A DNA stretch of 64,000 nucleotides, taken from positions 5,531 through 69,530 of the forward strand of contig CAKPYT010000046.1 of the NCBI GenBank assembly GCA_934203075.1. The letters are read 5' to 3'. The number at the start of each line of letters is the position of its first letter. The first letter of the stretch is position 1. The notes beneath the pieces are model-generated. The model made no database searches. It had not been told where the DNA came from and saw only the letters and a program-made list of their open reading frames with translations. The DNA comes from an uncultured Clostridia bacterium (GTDB lineage: Bacteria > Bacillota > Clostridia > Christensenellales > CAG-314). Positions 1 through 9,362 of this stretch are shown in pieces. The position numbers and the translations under genes were made by a program.

Positions 1-870
1 TACCACGCGGCCGTCCTGAAAACGAATCCAGAATTGATCGATGACGCTGCCTCCGTGTACAAGGGGGAGTGCACTGTATACAATGCCGTCCACTCTGTTT
101 TTGTCCGGAGCGGTAAAAATTTCTTCGGAGGGTAAATTCGCATTGAACTCGATCCCGTCCGCTGCAGGTTCGCTCCCGCCGATCCAGACGTGATCTTGCG
201 CAAGCCCCACGGTCAGATCCGTTCCCTTGGCGTTCGTGTAGTGCAGGGCATGGAAATTCAGTCGGTTCAGCTTGTCCGCAAGGGCGTGCAGGCGCTCGTT
301 GTGACGAGCCAACGCTTCCATGGGATCCTCCGTATCCAGCCGGACGGAATGTGCAATTGCATCGCCCAGGCGGGAAACGGCCTCTTCCGTGGAACATTGC
401 GGGAATACCGTCTCTGCCCAACGTTCGGTCGGGACGGAAATCACGCACCAGCGAATTTTGTTGGAGGTAATCGCTTCAAAATATTTTTGGGAAGCCATCT
501 GATTGGCTCTGGAAAGGCGCTGCAGTTTGGAAACGTCTGCCCCGCGGAAAACGTTCGGGTCTTTGGCGGAAATGGAAATATGCGCCCCGCCGCGATCCAC
601 CAGGTTGTTGCGCATGTCCGTAACCCAAGGCAGAACGTCCTCCATTGCCGCATCCTGCGCTTCGTCCAGGCGAATGCGGGTAAGCACGTCGTCCTGATAG
701 TTGATACTTACGCGAAAAGCTCCTTTCCGGTAAGCCTCTTTTGCCAGGGCCCGTGCAAAGTCCACACACTCCGGCGGGCAGGTAATCATCAAATCTTGGT
801 TCGGCTGCAAATTTACGCCTTGTGTCACAACCAGTTCCGCATAGGCTTGCAATTGTTTTTCCGTCAACAT
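1..870 (-). CDS. M29-family aminopeptidase (AmpS/PepS-like), C-terminus beyond window
   Basis: Absent from the ORF track because it runs off the window. My reverse-strand translation from the ATG at 870 reads MLTEKQLQAYAELVVTQGVNLQPNQDLMITCPPECVDFARALAKEAYRKGAF...TNAKGTDLTVGL..., typical of thermophilic-metalloprotease M29 aminopeptidases. GAGGAGA Shine-Dalgarno lies upstream. The + strand ORFs here are antisense shadows. Confidence 0.75.
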   Translation of the reverse strand, partial: MLTEKQLQAYAELVVTQGVNLQPNQDLMITCPPECVDFARALAKEAYRKGAFRVSINYQDDVLTRIRLDEAQDAAMEDVLPWVTDMRNNLVDRGGAHISISAKDPNVFRGADVSKLQRLSRANQMASQKYFEAITSNKIRWCVISVPTERWAETVFPQCSTEEAVSRLGDAIAHSVRLDTEDPMEALARHNERLHALADKLNRLNFHALHYTNAKGTDLTVGLAQDHVWIGGSEPAADGIEFNANLPSEEIFTAPDKNRVDGIVYSALPLVHGGSVIDQFWIRFQDGRVV

Positions 871-1036
871 GTTCTATCTTCTCCTCTTGCCGCAACTTGC
901 GGTATCGTTTTCTTTCGGTTTTATTGTAGCGAAATGCGTAAGGGATGTCAAGCAAGAAAGTGCTCCAGACGTTGACGAAACGGTACTTCTATTGTAAAAT
1001 AAAGCCAGCCCGATTATGGGCGGAAAAGAGGCAAAA

Positions 1037-1702
1037 ATGGTGAAAAGTATCTTCAGCATTCTCGGGCCTGAAATGATCGGCCCAAGCAGTTCGCATACGG
1101 CGGGAGCCGCGCGGCTCGGGCGTGCGGCTTACGTTCTGGCAGGAGGGGACGTGCAGTCTGTCGTCTTTACGTTGTACGGGTCCTTTGCGCATACGGGAAA
1201 GGGGCACGGAACGGATAAGGCGCTTCTGGCAGGGATCATGAATCTTTCTCCGAAGGACGAGCACATTAAAACGGCATACGAATTGGCAAAAGAACGCGGG
1301 CTCCGCTTTGTTTTTTTGGAAGAGGATGCTTCCGGCTTACACCCGAATACGGTAAAAATAGCAGTGACGAAAGCAGACGGTACCACAACGGAACTGGTCG
1401 GCTCCAGCATCGGCGGTGGGAACATCGTTCTGACGCAAATCAACGGGGTTTCCTGTGAAATCACCACGGATTATCCTACCGTAATGGTGCTGCATTCCGA
1501 TCGCGTCGGGGTGGTCAGCAAACTTACGGCACAGCTGGAAAAATTTCGGATCAATATCGTTACGTTGCGCAACTCGCGCGAAGCACGCGGCAAGGGCGCA
1601 ACAACCGTCATCGAAACGGATACGGCGCTGCCGCAATCGGTGCTGAATGCCCTGCGGGAACAGCCGTCCGTCACGAACGTAGTGTTTATCGATAGAGTCT
1701 AG
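1037..1702 (+). CDS. sdaAB: L-serine ammonia-lyase (iron-sulfur dependent), beta subunit
   Basis: MVKSIFSILGPEMIGPSSSHTAGAARLG... plus a C-terminal ACT-like region. Start moved to the in-frame ATG at 1037. Confidence 0.9.
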   Translation: MVKSIFSILGPEMIGPSSSHTAGAARLGRAAYVLAGGDVQSVVFTLYGSFAHTGKGHGTDKALLAGIMNLSPKDEHIKTAYELAKERGLRFVFLEEDASGLHPNTVKIAVTKADGTTTELVGSSIGGGNIVLTQINGVSCEITTDYPTVMVLHSDRVGVVSKLTAQLEKFRINIVTLRNSREARGKGATTVIETDTALPQSVLNALREQPSVTNVVFIDRV

Positions 1703-1712
1703 AGGGTTCAGA

Positions 1713-2630
1713 ATGTATCAAACGGCAAAAGAATGGGCAGAAGCATGCGCTCGCCTGCAAAAAACGGTGGCGGAAGTCGTGTACGAGGAGGAATGCGAAC
1801 GGCAGAACCTCCCTTCGGGGGACGTTTCCGTGCGTGCACAGTTATCGGATTATCTGAAAGTCATGAAAAACGCCGCAGAGCGGTGCCTTACGGAAGTGGT
1901 TCCCTCGGTCAGCGGGCTGAGCGGAGGCGATGCAAAGCGTTTGTACGACTATCTGCTTGCCGGCGAAACGGTTTGCGGCAGCGAGTTTTTGCTTTCCGTT
2001 GCGTATGCGCTTTCCACTTCGGAAGTGAACGCTTCCATGGGGTTGATCGTGGCTTCTCCCACGGCAGGGGCAAGCGGAATTTTGCCCGGGGCGCTATTAG
2101 GGGTGGCAAAACGTCGTAACATCACAGACGTTCGTCTGCTGACGGACGCATTGTTGGTTGCCGCGGGGATCGGGCAGATTATCGAGGCGAACGCAACGCT
2201 GTCCGGTGCGGAAGGCGGCTGTCAGGCGGAGTGCGGATCCGCCGCTGCCATGGCAGCGGGGGCGGTTACGTTCCTCTGTGGCGGCACAACGCAGCAAATT
2301 TTCGATGCGGCGGCCATGGCGCTGAAGAACGTTTTAGGGCTGGTGTGCGATCCCATTGCCGGGCTGGTGGAGTGCCCTTGTATCAAGCGAAACGCTTCGG
2401 GGGCGGCAAATGCGTTGCTGAGTGCGGATCTGGCGCTGGCAGGCATTCGCAGTATCGTGCCCTTTGACGAAGTGGTGGAAGCCATGGCGCGGATCGGCAG
2501 CAGCATTGCGCCGGAATTGCGCGAAACGGCCTTAGGGGGGCTGGCCAAAACTCCTACGGGCAAAGAAATCAAGCGAAAACTATTTGAGAAAAAACAGAAT
2601 CCCTTCGAGGGAGAAGGAGAAATCAAATGA
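1713..2630 (+). CDS. sdaAA: L-serine ammonia-lyase (iron-sulfur dependent), alpha subunit
   Basis: Contains the GGCQAECGSAAAMAA and CDPIAGLVECPCIKRNA motifs of the SdaAA family. Lies directly after sdaAB. Confidence 0.9.
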   Translation: MYQTAKEWAEACARLQKTVAEVVYEEECERQNLPSGDVSVRAQLSDYLKVMKNAAERCLTEVVPSVSGLSGGDAKRLYDYLLAGETVCGSEFLLSVAYALSTSEVNASMGLIVASPTAGASGILPGALLGVAKRRNITDVRLLTDALLVAAGIGQIIEANATLSGAEGGCQAECGSAAAMAAGAVTFLCGGTTQQIFDAAAMALKNVLGLVCDPIAGLVECPCIKRNASGAANALLSADLALAGIRSIVPFDEVVEAMARIGSSIAPELRETALGGLAKTPTGKEIKRKLFEKKQNPFEGEGEIK

Positions 2631-3187
2631 AAAATCCTATCGTAACCATTACGATGGAAAACGGTGCGGTCATGAAGTTGGAATTGTACCCGAAAGTCGC
2701 GCCGAATACGGTAAATAATTTTATTTATTTAATCAAACGCGGGTTTTACGACGGAACGGTGTTCCATCGGATCATCCCCGGGTTTATGATTCAGGGCGGA
2801 TCTTGCCCGCAAGGCAAAAAAGATATGGGCGAGTATTACAGCATCAAAGGGGACTTTGAGCTGAACGGCGTCAGGAATACTCTCCGGCACGAAAGGGGCG
2901 TTTTATCTATGGCCCGCACGAACGTGCCCAACAGCGCCTGCTCGCAGTTTTTCATCATGCATGCGGATGCTCCTCACCTGGACGGCAGTTATGCCGCTTT
3001 CGGCAAACTGACGGAAGGCTATGACGTGTTGGACGAGATCGCAAACGTTCCGACGGATTTTTACGATCGGCCTTTCGAAACGCAGCGGGTCAAAAGCATT
3101 GCGGTCGAAACGTTCGGGAAGGACTATCCGGAGCCGGCTATGCTTCTGAAAGAACTCGGAAAGCAGGTTCCCAAAGAGAACTGGTAG
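2627..3187 (+). CDS. ppiB: cyclophilin-type peptidyl-prolyl cis-trans isomerase
   Basis: FHRIIPGFMIQGG...SMARTN.PNSACSQFFI cyclophilin signature. ATGA overlap with sdaAA. Confidence 0.9.
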   Translation: MKNPIVTITMENGAVMKLELYPKVAPNTVNNFIYLIKRGFYDGTVFHRIIPGFMIQGGSCPQGKKDMGEYYSIKGDFELNGVRNTLRHERGVLSMARTNVPNSACSQFFIMHADAPHLDGSYAAFGKLTEGYDVLDEIANVPTDFYDRPFETQRVKSIAVETFGKDYPEPAMLLKELGKQVPKENW

Positions 3188-3221
3188 GGAGGCGCGCGGG
3201 GATTCCGCGGCAGAGTATCGC

Positions 3222-3794
3222 ATGAAAACAGAAAAACGCACACCCGGCGATTACGTGGTCAGCACGTGGTCGGGCGGCAAAACAACGCAGATCGTCATCT
3301 ACCCCCCGCAAAGCGTTTATGCGGATCGTGACTTTTTGTTCCGCATCTCTTCCGCAACGGTCGAAACGGAACACAGCGATTTTACGCCGTTGCCCGCTTA
3401 CGACCGTGTGATTCTGACGCTGCAGGGAGATTTTACCCTTACGCACAACGGCGGAACGCCGATTTTGTTGCATCCGCTGCATCCGCATTCTTTCGGGGGC
3501 GAAGAGCATACCGAAAGTGACGGTAAAGTGACGGATTTTAACCTGATGACGCGCAAAGGGGCAGCGGAAGGGAAGGTAGAGTGTCTTTGCCGATCCGTCG
3601 TAACGGCAAAAGAAGGATTTCACTTGTTTTATGCCGCAGAAAATTCCGTACTATCTGCGGAAGGGAAGGAATATCTTCTTGAGAAAGGAGAAAGCTTATA
3701 TTTGACGTTGACTGCGGGAGAGTCCGCAACCGTCGGTGTGAAGGGTTCGGTTGTGTACGCAGCCGTAAAAGAGATCCATAAGGAGGTTATGTGA
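3222..3794 (+). CDS. HutD/Ves-family protein
   Basis: The WSGGKTTQIVIYPP...FLFRISSATVE...FTPLPAYDRVILTLQG pattern resembles the HutD family. Assignment is from memory. Confidence 0.6.
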   Translation: MKTEKRTPGDYVVSTWSGGKTTQIVIYPPQSVYADRDFLFRISSATVETEHSDFTPLPAYDRVILTLQGDFTLTHNGGTPILLHPLHPHSFGGEEHTESDGKVTDFNLMTRKGAAEGKVECLCRSVVTAKEGFHLFYAAENSVLSAEGKEYLLEKGESLYLTLTAGESATVGVKGSVVYAAVKEIHKEVM

Positions 3795-4750
3795 TGGCAC
3801 GACCTATGGCTTTACCGAGAACGGGTTGTCTCGGGAAATTATTTTCGTTGGTGCTGGTGCTGGTTCTGATTGTCGTCGTTGCTTATTTTGTCGTGGGCAA
3901 TCTGACGCCGGCACAACTGGGATTCGGAGATTTTGAGATTTCGGAGGGGAAAACGGTAGCGGATTACGGCCTTGCGGACGTGAAGCTGAAAGATTTGCTG
4001 AGTTTCGTTCTTTCTCTCTCCAAGGATAATAAATCGGAAGTGGTAACGAACGCTCCGTCCGAAGAGGATGAAAAAACAACGGACGAGACGATGGAAAAGA
4101 TTCTTCCGAAAGATCTGAACGGAAACTTGGACTATCTGAAACTGGCAGAGGGAAAGGTCTATACCACCCGTGCGATGAAGTATTGTTTCGGAGATCGCCA
4201 GTTAGCCTATGCGTTCAACCAATTGTTGCAGCAAGCCGTGGAGAAGGGTTCGTTTTTCTCGGAGGATCTGAAAGCGTTGGGAGAAATGGGCGCCAGAATC
4301 GAAGAGATCACCGTAGCGAAGGACGAAACGGGATACTATCTGCGCACCGTTGCGAGTGTCGCCATGACGGAGGACACGAAGAAACAGTTGAGTTCCATAC
4401 CGTTTCTGAATCTGAAAGATCGCATTTACGTTACTTCGTACAACCGCATTTCCGTAAATGCGGACGGAACTCTGCAAACTTCGCCGATGAGCGTTTCGGT
4501 AAACGGTCAGTCTGAGGCGTTAAGCAAAGTGATTCTGGATATCGCCATCGGCGAGCAGGACGGAAAGCCGGCGGACGTCTATCTGAACGATACGGTCGGC
4601 TCTGCGTTTGCGGACGTATTGCGTAACCTCGGGCAAATCGGCACGGCCGATGCGGACGAAAACGGCTACGTCACCGGCAACGAAACTATCGGGGAAGCAG
4701 GGCTGAAAGAACATGAAATCACCGTGTTGACGAACACGTTATTGCCGTAA
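3794..4750 (+). CDS. hypothetical membrane-anchored protein
   Basis: Long ORF with AGGAGG 7 nt upstream of the ATG at 3794 and one N-terminal TM helix (LFSLVLVLVLIVVVAYFVV). No family recognised. Confidence 0.6.
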   Translation: MARPMALPRTGCLGKLFSLVLVLVLIVVVAYFVVGNLTPAQLGFGDFEISEGKTVADYGLADVKLKDLLSFVLSLSKDNKSEVVTNAPSEEDEKTTDETMEKILPKDLNGNLDYLKLAEGKVYTTRAMKYCFGDRQLAYAFNQLLQQAVEKGSFFSEDLKALGEMGARIEEITVAKDETGYYLRTVASVAMTEDTKKQLSSIPFLNLKDRIYVTSYNRISVNADGTLQTSPMSVSVNGQSEALSKVILDIAIGEQDGKPADVYLNDTVGSAFADVLRNLGQIGTADADENGYVTGNETIGEAGLKEHEITVLTNTLLP

Positions 4751-4764
4751 AAGAAAAGCAGAGA

Positions 4765-4798
4765 AGTGCGTAACCCCAAAGTTACGTACTTTCTTTTC
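4765..4798 (+). terminator. Rho-independent terminator
   Basis: 10-bp stem AGTGCGTAAC/GTTACGTACT, loop CCCAAA, followed by TTCTTTT. Confidence 0.75.
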
Positions 4799-4817
4799 GG
4801 TTGATTCGGGAGAAGAA

Positions 4818-5393
4818 ATGAGAGAACAGGAATTAAAGTACCTGATTTCCGCCGGGGATTACGACGAATTGCGGAAAGAGAGCGTGGAAGAACGTTTGCA
4901 GACGAATTACTACTTTGATACCCGTGCGTTTCCCGGGGCAATGCTGCGCCTTCGGCAGAAGCATACGGGGGTGTGGAAACTTGCTTTGAAACTGCGCAAA
5001 GGCGAAGCGGACGGCGTGTTTGTCAACGAGGAAAAGAGCGTTGTCGTTTCCGCGGAGGACGCGGCGCGTTGGCAAAACGAAGGCATCTCTTCGGAGGTGG
5101 TCAATCGTACGTTCGGCGTTCGGTTCGGGCCTCACCTGTTCCGACTGCTCGGAAGTTTACAGACGCTGCGGTGCATCGTGCCCGTGGGGGAATGGCGTTT
5201 CGAAGCGGATCGGAACGATTATTGCGGCAAACGGGATTACGAAATCGAGTGTGAGGGGGAGGACGAGGCCTCTCTGCAAGAAGCGGCAAAGTACCTGAAA
5301 GAGCGTTTTTCCTGCCGGGAAAGCACGGCCAAATATCTGCGCTTTTTAAGGGAATACGAAAAGGGGCTCGCAGAGGGACTTTCGTGCCGGTAA
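4818..5393 (+). CDS. CYTH-domain protein (triphosphatase/CyaB-like)
   Basis: N-terminal E-x-E-x-K (REQELKYLI) and a later YEIECEGED acidic strand pattern typical of CYTH domains. Confidence 0.65.
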   Translation: MREQELKYLISAGDYDELRKESVEERLQTNYYFDTRAFPGAMLRLRQKHTGVWKLALKLRKGEADGVFVNEEKSVVVSAEDAARWQNEGISSEVVNRTFGVRFGPHLFRLLGSLQTLRCIVPVGEWRFEADRNDYCGKRDYEIECEGEDEASLQEAAKYLKERFSCRESTAKYLRFLREYEKGLAEGLSCR

Positions 5394-5408
5394 AGTTCCG
5401 GCTTGCGG

Positions 5409-5437
5409 TTGGCAAAGCGAAGAAAACGTGTTATAAT
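5409..5437 (+). promoter_or_regulatory. sigma-A type promoter upstream of ruvX
   Basis: TTGGCA, 17-nt spacer including an extended TGt, then TATAAT. Confidence 0.55.
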
Positions 5438-5471
5438 AAGCCAAAAGTGTTAAAATAAAACAGGGGCAGTT

Positions 5472-5882
5472 ATGAGAATATTGGCGTTGGACGTAGGTGA
5501 CGTGCGAATCGGGCTGGCAATCAGCGACCCGATGCAGATTTTGGCAAACCCGCTGGAAACGTATCGCAGAACGGGCAAGATCGAGCAGGACGCGGCATAC
5601 GTGGCAAATCTGGTAAAAGAAAGAGAGGTCGGGCGGATTGTTTGCGGGTGGCCCAAGAGTATGAACAATACGGAAAACGAGCAAACGCGCAAGACCAAAG
5701 AATTTGCAGACGTGCTTGCAACAAAAACGGACGTGCCGATGGTTTTCATGGACGAGCGTCTGACCACCGTTTCGGCAACGCGCGTGCTGATCGACGGCGG
5801 TGTGCGGCGGGAGGATCGTAAAAAAGTGGTGGATAAAATCGCCGCAACGATTATTCTGGAGGACTATTTGCGCACCTTGTAA
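5472..5882 (+). CDS. ruvX: Holliday junction resolvase-like nuclease RuvX/YqgF
   Basis: MRILALDVGDVRIGLAISD... YqgF signature. Confidence 0.9.
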   Translation: MRILALDVGDVRIGLAISDPMQILANPLETYRRTGKIEQDAAYVANLVKEREVGRIVCGWPKSMNNTENEQTRKTKEFADVLATKTDVPMVFMDERLTTVSATRVLIDGGVRREDRKKVVDKIAATIILEDYLRTL

Positions 5883-5943
5883 AAGGGAGATCAATAGAAA
5901 ACCGGGAAAAACAACAAATAAACATCAAAGGGGATGGATTTTT

Positions 5944-6330
5944 ATGTTAGACGAAAAGAAAGTGAACGAAAACGCGGAAGAGTTGGAAGACGATTTCGAC
6001 GGAGAAGTGATTGAATTGGAAAACGAGGACGGCGAAACGATGTCCTTCTATCACGTAGCGACCTTCGATCTGGACGATAAATGGTACGTGGCGTTTCAGC
6101 CGACGGAGGACACGGAAGAACTTTCGGAAGACGAGGTCGTGTTTTTCGAACTCGGTCAGGACGAAGACGGAGAAGATTTGTTCCTGCCCGTGGAGGATGA
6201 AGATTTGCAGGCACGTTTGTACGATGAGTTTTCCGCATTGGTAGAAGAAGGCTGCGATTGTGAAGATTGCGGCTGTGAAGAATGCGCGGACGGCGCATGC
6301 GATTGCAATAGCGAAGGAGACAAAGAATGA
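5944..6330 (+). CDS. DUF1292-family protein with Cys-rich acidic C-terminal tail
   Basis: The core (VIELENEDGETMSFYHVATFDLDDKWYVAFQP) matches DUF1292/YrzB-like proteins that follow ruvX in Bacillota. Start set at the ATG at 5944 after AAGGGGA. Tail reads GCDCEDCGCEECADGACDC. Confidence 0.75.
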   Translation: MLDEKKVNENAEELEDDFDGEVIELENEDGETMSFYHVATFDLDDKWYVAFQPTEDTEELSEDEVVFFELGQDEDGEDLFLPVEDEDLQARLYDEFSALVEEGCDCEDCGCEECADGACDCNSEGDKE

Positions 6331-6716
6331 ATCTGGAAGAAAGACAACCGGAAGTGTTGACGCTCCAGGGGGAGGACGGAAAAGACTATCGTTTTTTGCC
6401 GATTCTTTCGTTGGACGTGGATGAAAAAGTATACTACATTCTGCAGCCGTTGGATATGCAGGAGCACGAAAACGCTTTGATCGCGTTGCAGGTAGAGCAG
6501 CAGGCGGACGGATCTTTGCAGTATCTTGCCGTGGAGGACGATGCCGTGCTGGATCGCATCAGCGAAGAATTCGAGCGTTGCCTGGAAGCGGGGGAACACG
6601 AGTGTTCCTGCTGCGGGCACGACTGTGAGGACTGCGGGCATGATTGCGGGGAAGCAGACGCATGTTCTTGCGAGCACGATTCCTCCTGCGATTGCGGCTG
6701 TCACGATCACGAATAA
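6327..6716 (+). CDS. DUF1292-family protein with Cys/His-rich C-terminal tail
   Basis: Core reads LTLQGEDGKDYRFLPILSLDVDEKVYYILQP. ATGA overlap with the previous gene. Tail reads EHECSCCGHDCEDCGHDCGEADACSCEHDSSCDCGCHDHE. Confidence 0.75.
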   Translation: MNLEERQPEVLTLQGEDGKDYRFLPILSLDVDEKVYYILQPLDMQEHENALIALQVEQQADGSLQYLAVEDDAVLDRISEEFERCLEAGEHECSCCGHDCEDCGHDCGEADACSCEHDSSCDCGCHDHE

Positions 6717-6766
6717 CGCCGGCAACGGAAACGGCAGGGTACTGCCGCAGAAGAAACGAGAAAAGA

Positions 6767-6802
6767 ATACTTTCCGCATACGTTTGCGGAAAGTATTTTT
6801 TT
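6767..6802 (+). terminator. Rho-independent terminator
   Basis: 12-bp stem ATACTTTCCGCA/TGCGGAAAGTAT followed by T7. Confidence 0.85.
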
Positions 6803-6892
6803 AGGGAAAACGCGAGAAGATCCGCCACAGTCCGGCACGGAACCGAAGCGGAAGAAAATTCCGGGAAAGTACGTAAAATCACGGCAAAAACA

Positions 6893-6921
6893 TTGCCAAA
6901 GGAGCGGGATTGTGGTAAACT
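6893..6921 (+). promoter_or_regulatory. sigma-A type promoter for rpsB-tsf
   Basis: TTGCCA, 17-nt spacer, extended -10 TGgTAAACT. Leaves a leader of about 110 nt before rpsB. Confidence 0.55.
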
Positions 6922-7039
6922 AGTCAAGGTTTATTACGCACTCGGGCGATATTCGGTGGTTGTGCCGCTTTTACGGTAGAAACCGGAGCAAATACTCCCC
7001 GGGGAGGAACTAAAACAAAATCGAAAGGAGAAAACAAAA

Positions 7040-7828
7040 ATGGCAGTAGTTTCTATGAAACAACTTTTGGAAGCAGGCGTTCATTTCGGGCATCAGACCA
7101 GAAGATGGAACCCGAAAATGAAAAAGTACATCTATTCGGTGCGCAACGATATTCACATCATCGACTTGCAGCAAACGGTAAAATTGGCGGAGGAAGCGTA
7201 TGCTTTCGTTCGTGATATCGTAAAAAGCGGCAAATCCGTGTTGTTCGTCGGCACCAAAAAGCAAGCGCAGGCCGCAATTCAGCAGGAAGCGGAAAAATGC
7301 GGGATGTACTACGTGAACAACCGTTGGCTGGGCGGCACGCTGACCAACTTCAAAACGATGCGTACGCGTATCGACCGTCTGAATCACATCGACCAGATGG
7401 AAAAAATGGGCGAGTTCGAACAACTTCCCAAAAAAGAAGTTGCCGGCTTAAAGAAAGAACGCGAAAAACTTTTGGCGAACCTGGGCGGTATCCGCGAAAT
7501 GAAAACGCTTCCGGGCGTATTGTTCATTGTGGATCCCAAGAAGGAAGCCATTGCCGTGCAGGAAGCACGTTCCTTGCACATTCCGATCGTAGCCATTGCG
7601 GATACGAACTGTGATCCGGACGTGATCGATTGCATCATTCCGGGGAACGACGACGCAATCGGCGCCGTAAAAGTCATGGCCGGCGTCATTGCCAATGCCG
7701 TAATCGAAGCGAAAGAAGGCATTGTTTATAATGTAGAAGATGACGAAGCCGTCGCTCTGGAAGCAGCGGTTGCTCAGAACAAGGCGGAAGAAGCAGCGGA
7801 AGCGGCTCCCGCAGAACAGGCAGAATAA
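7040..7828 (+). CDS. rpsB: 30S ribosomal protein S2
   Basis: [27 protein letters not shown]... Confidence 0.97.
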   Translation: MAVVSMKQLLEAGVHFGHQTRRWNPKMKKYIYSVRNDIHIIDLQQTVKLAEEAYAFVRDIVKSGKSVLFVGTKKQAQAAIQQEAEKCGMYYVNNRWLGGTLTNFKTMRTRIDRLNHIDQMEKMGEFEQLPKKEVAGLKKEREKLLANLGGIREMKTLPGVLFIVDPKKEAIAVQEARSLHIPIVAIADTNCDPDVIDCIIPGNDDAIGAVKVMAGVIANAVIEAKEGIVYNVEDDEAVALEAAVAQNKAEEAAEAAPAEQAE

Positions 7829-7846
7829 TTTTCGGAGGTCAGAAAT

Positions 7847-8512
7847 ATGGCTAATTTTACGAATGCAGACGTTATGAAACTGCGTGCGCAAACCGGCGTA
7901 GGCATGATGGATTGCAAAAAAGCGTTGGTCCAGGCGGACGGCAATTTTGAAGAAGCGGTAAAAATTCTGCGCGAAAAGGGCATGGCAAGTGCCGAAAAAC
8001 GTGCGGGGAAAGTTGCTGCGGAAGGCATTGTGGATAGCTACATTCACATGGGCGGTAAAATCGGCGTTTTGATCGAAGTGAACTGCGAAACGGACTTTGT
8101 CGCACGGAGCGAACAGTTCCGTCAGCTCGTACACGACCTGGCAATGCAGGTTGCGGCAGCGCATCCGGAAGTCGTTTCGGTGGAAGACGTAGACCCTCAA
8201 AAAGTGCAGGCAGAAAGAGAAATTCTATTGGCACAGGCGAAAAACGAACCGAAACCGAAGCCGCAAGCCGTCATCGAAAAGATGGTGGAAGGCCGCATTC
8301 AAAAATACTACAAAGAAGTATGTCTGCTGGAGCAGGATTTTGTAAAAGATCCTTCCAAGACCGTAAAACAATTGGTGAGCGAAGCCGTAGCATCGATCGG
8401 CGAAAAGATCAGCGTCCGCAGATTCGTTTACTTCAAAATGGGTGAAGGTATCGAAAAGAAACAAGACACCTTTGTACAGGAAATTCAGGATCAATTGGCA
8501 AAATTGCAATAA
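7847..8512 (+). CDS. tsf: translation elongation factor Ts (short form)
   Basis: Contains VMKLRAQTGVGMMDCKKAL and FVARSEQF. Follows rpsB. Confidence 0.95.
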   Translation: MANFTNADVMKLRAQTGVGMMDCKKALVQADGNFEEAVKILREKGMASAEKRAGKVAAEGIVDSYIHMGGKIGVLIEVNCETDFVARSEQFRQLVHDLAMQVAAAHPEVVSVEDVDPQKVQAEREILLAQAKNEPKPKPQAVIEKMVEGRIQKYYKEVCLLEQDFVKDPSKTVKQLVSEAVASIGEKISVRRFVYFKMGEGIEKKQDTFVQEIQDQLAKLQ

Positions 8513-8529
8513 CGATTGCCGTAAAGAGG

Positions 8530-8561
8530 GGGACATATTTCAAAAATATGTCCCTTTTTTT
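8530..8561 (+). terminator. Rho-independent terminator after tsf
   Basis: 10-bp stem GGGACATATT/AATATGTCCC followed by T7. The ORF-track ATG at 8548 lies inside this hairpin. Confidence 0.8.
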
Positions 8562-8598
8562 GAAGAAACGGCGCATGCAGCGCCGTGCGGAGGAAAAC

Positions 8599-9300
8599 GT
8601 GGCGAAATATCATAGAATCGTGATTAAAATCAGCGGGGAGGCTTTGGCGAGCGAACAGGGGTTCGGCCTTTGCGAAGAGACGATCCGTAGTCTGGTGGGG
8701 CAAATCAAGGAAGTGACGGAAGAGGGTATTCAGGTCGGCATCATCGTCGGCGGCGGCAACTTTTGGCGCGGCCGGCAGGGCACGGAAATGAACCGTACCA
8801 CGGCAGACCATATGGGAATGCTGGCAACGCTCATCAATTCGCTTGCTCTGCAGGATGCTCTGGAACGTGCCGGCGTGCCGACGCGCGTACAAAGCGCCCT
8901 GGATATCGACCGGGTGGCAGAGCCGTACATTTTGCGTAAGGCGATCCGGCATTTCGAAAAGGGACGTGTCGTCATTTTTGCTTGCGGAACGGGGAATCCG
9001 TACTTTTCTACCGATACGGGCGCGGCATTGCGCGCTGCGGAAGTGGAGGCGGACGCTTTGCTGCTTGCCAAAAACGTGGACGGTATTTACGACAGTGACC
9101 CGAAACTGAACCCGAAGGCGAAAAAGTTCGAACATCTGACCTATATGGATTGTATTCGTTTGGGCTTAAAAGCCATGGATACCACGGCAATTTCCATGTG
9201 TATGGAAAATAAGATTCCGGTAATTGCGTTCGCCGTAAAGGAGGAGAACAGTATCCTCAGGGTAGCGAACGGGGAACAAATCGGTACGATTATTTCTTAA
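8599..9300 (+). CDS. pyrH: UMP kinase
   Basis: KYHRIVIKISGEAL...GGGNFWRG...GTGNPYFSTDT. Start placed at the in-frame GTG at 8599, 5 nt after GGAGG, which matches the N-terminal length of other PyrH proteins. Confidence 0.92.
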   Translation: MAKYHRIVIKISGEALASEQGFGLCEETIRSLVGQIKEVTEEGIQVGIIVGGGNFWRGRQGTEMNRTTADHMGMLATLINSLALQDALERAGVPTRVQSALDIDRVAEPYILRKAIRHFEKGRVVIFACGTGNPYFSTDTGAALRAAEVEADALLLAKNVDGIYDSDPKLNPKAKKFEHLTYMDCIRLGLKAMDTTAISMCMENKIPVIAFAVKEENSILRVANGEQIGTIIS

Positions 9301-9362
9301 AGGCTTGAAAAGGTCCGATATTTTTAGTAAAATAAGTAAAATTGAGCATGGGGGAAAAGATT

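Noticed and set aside
190-975. A 261-aa + strand ORF and several other ORFs between 190 and 1264.
   Set aside because: They are antisense or out-of-frame shadows of the - strand M29 aminopeptidase gene (1-870). They are R/G/C-rich, have no Shine-Dalgarno and no recognisable motifs, while the - strand translation is a clear aminopeptidase.
8548-8598. The upstream ATG starts for pyrH at 8548 and 8575.
   Set aside because: The ATG at 8548 lies inside the tsf terminator stem. The GTG at 8599 has a GGAGG at ideal spacing and gives the N-terminal length seen in other UMP kinases.
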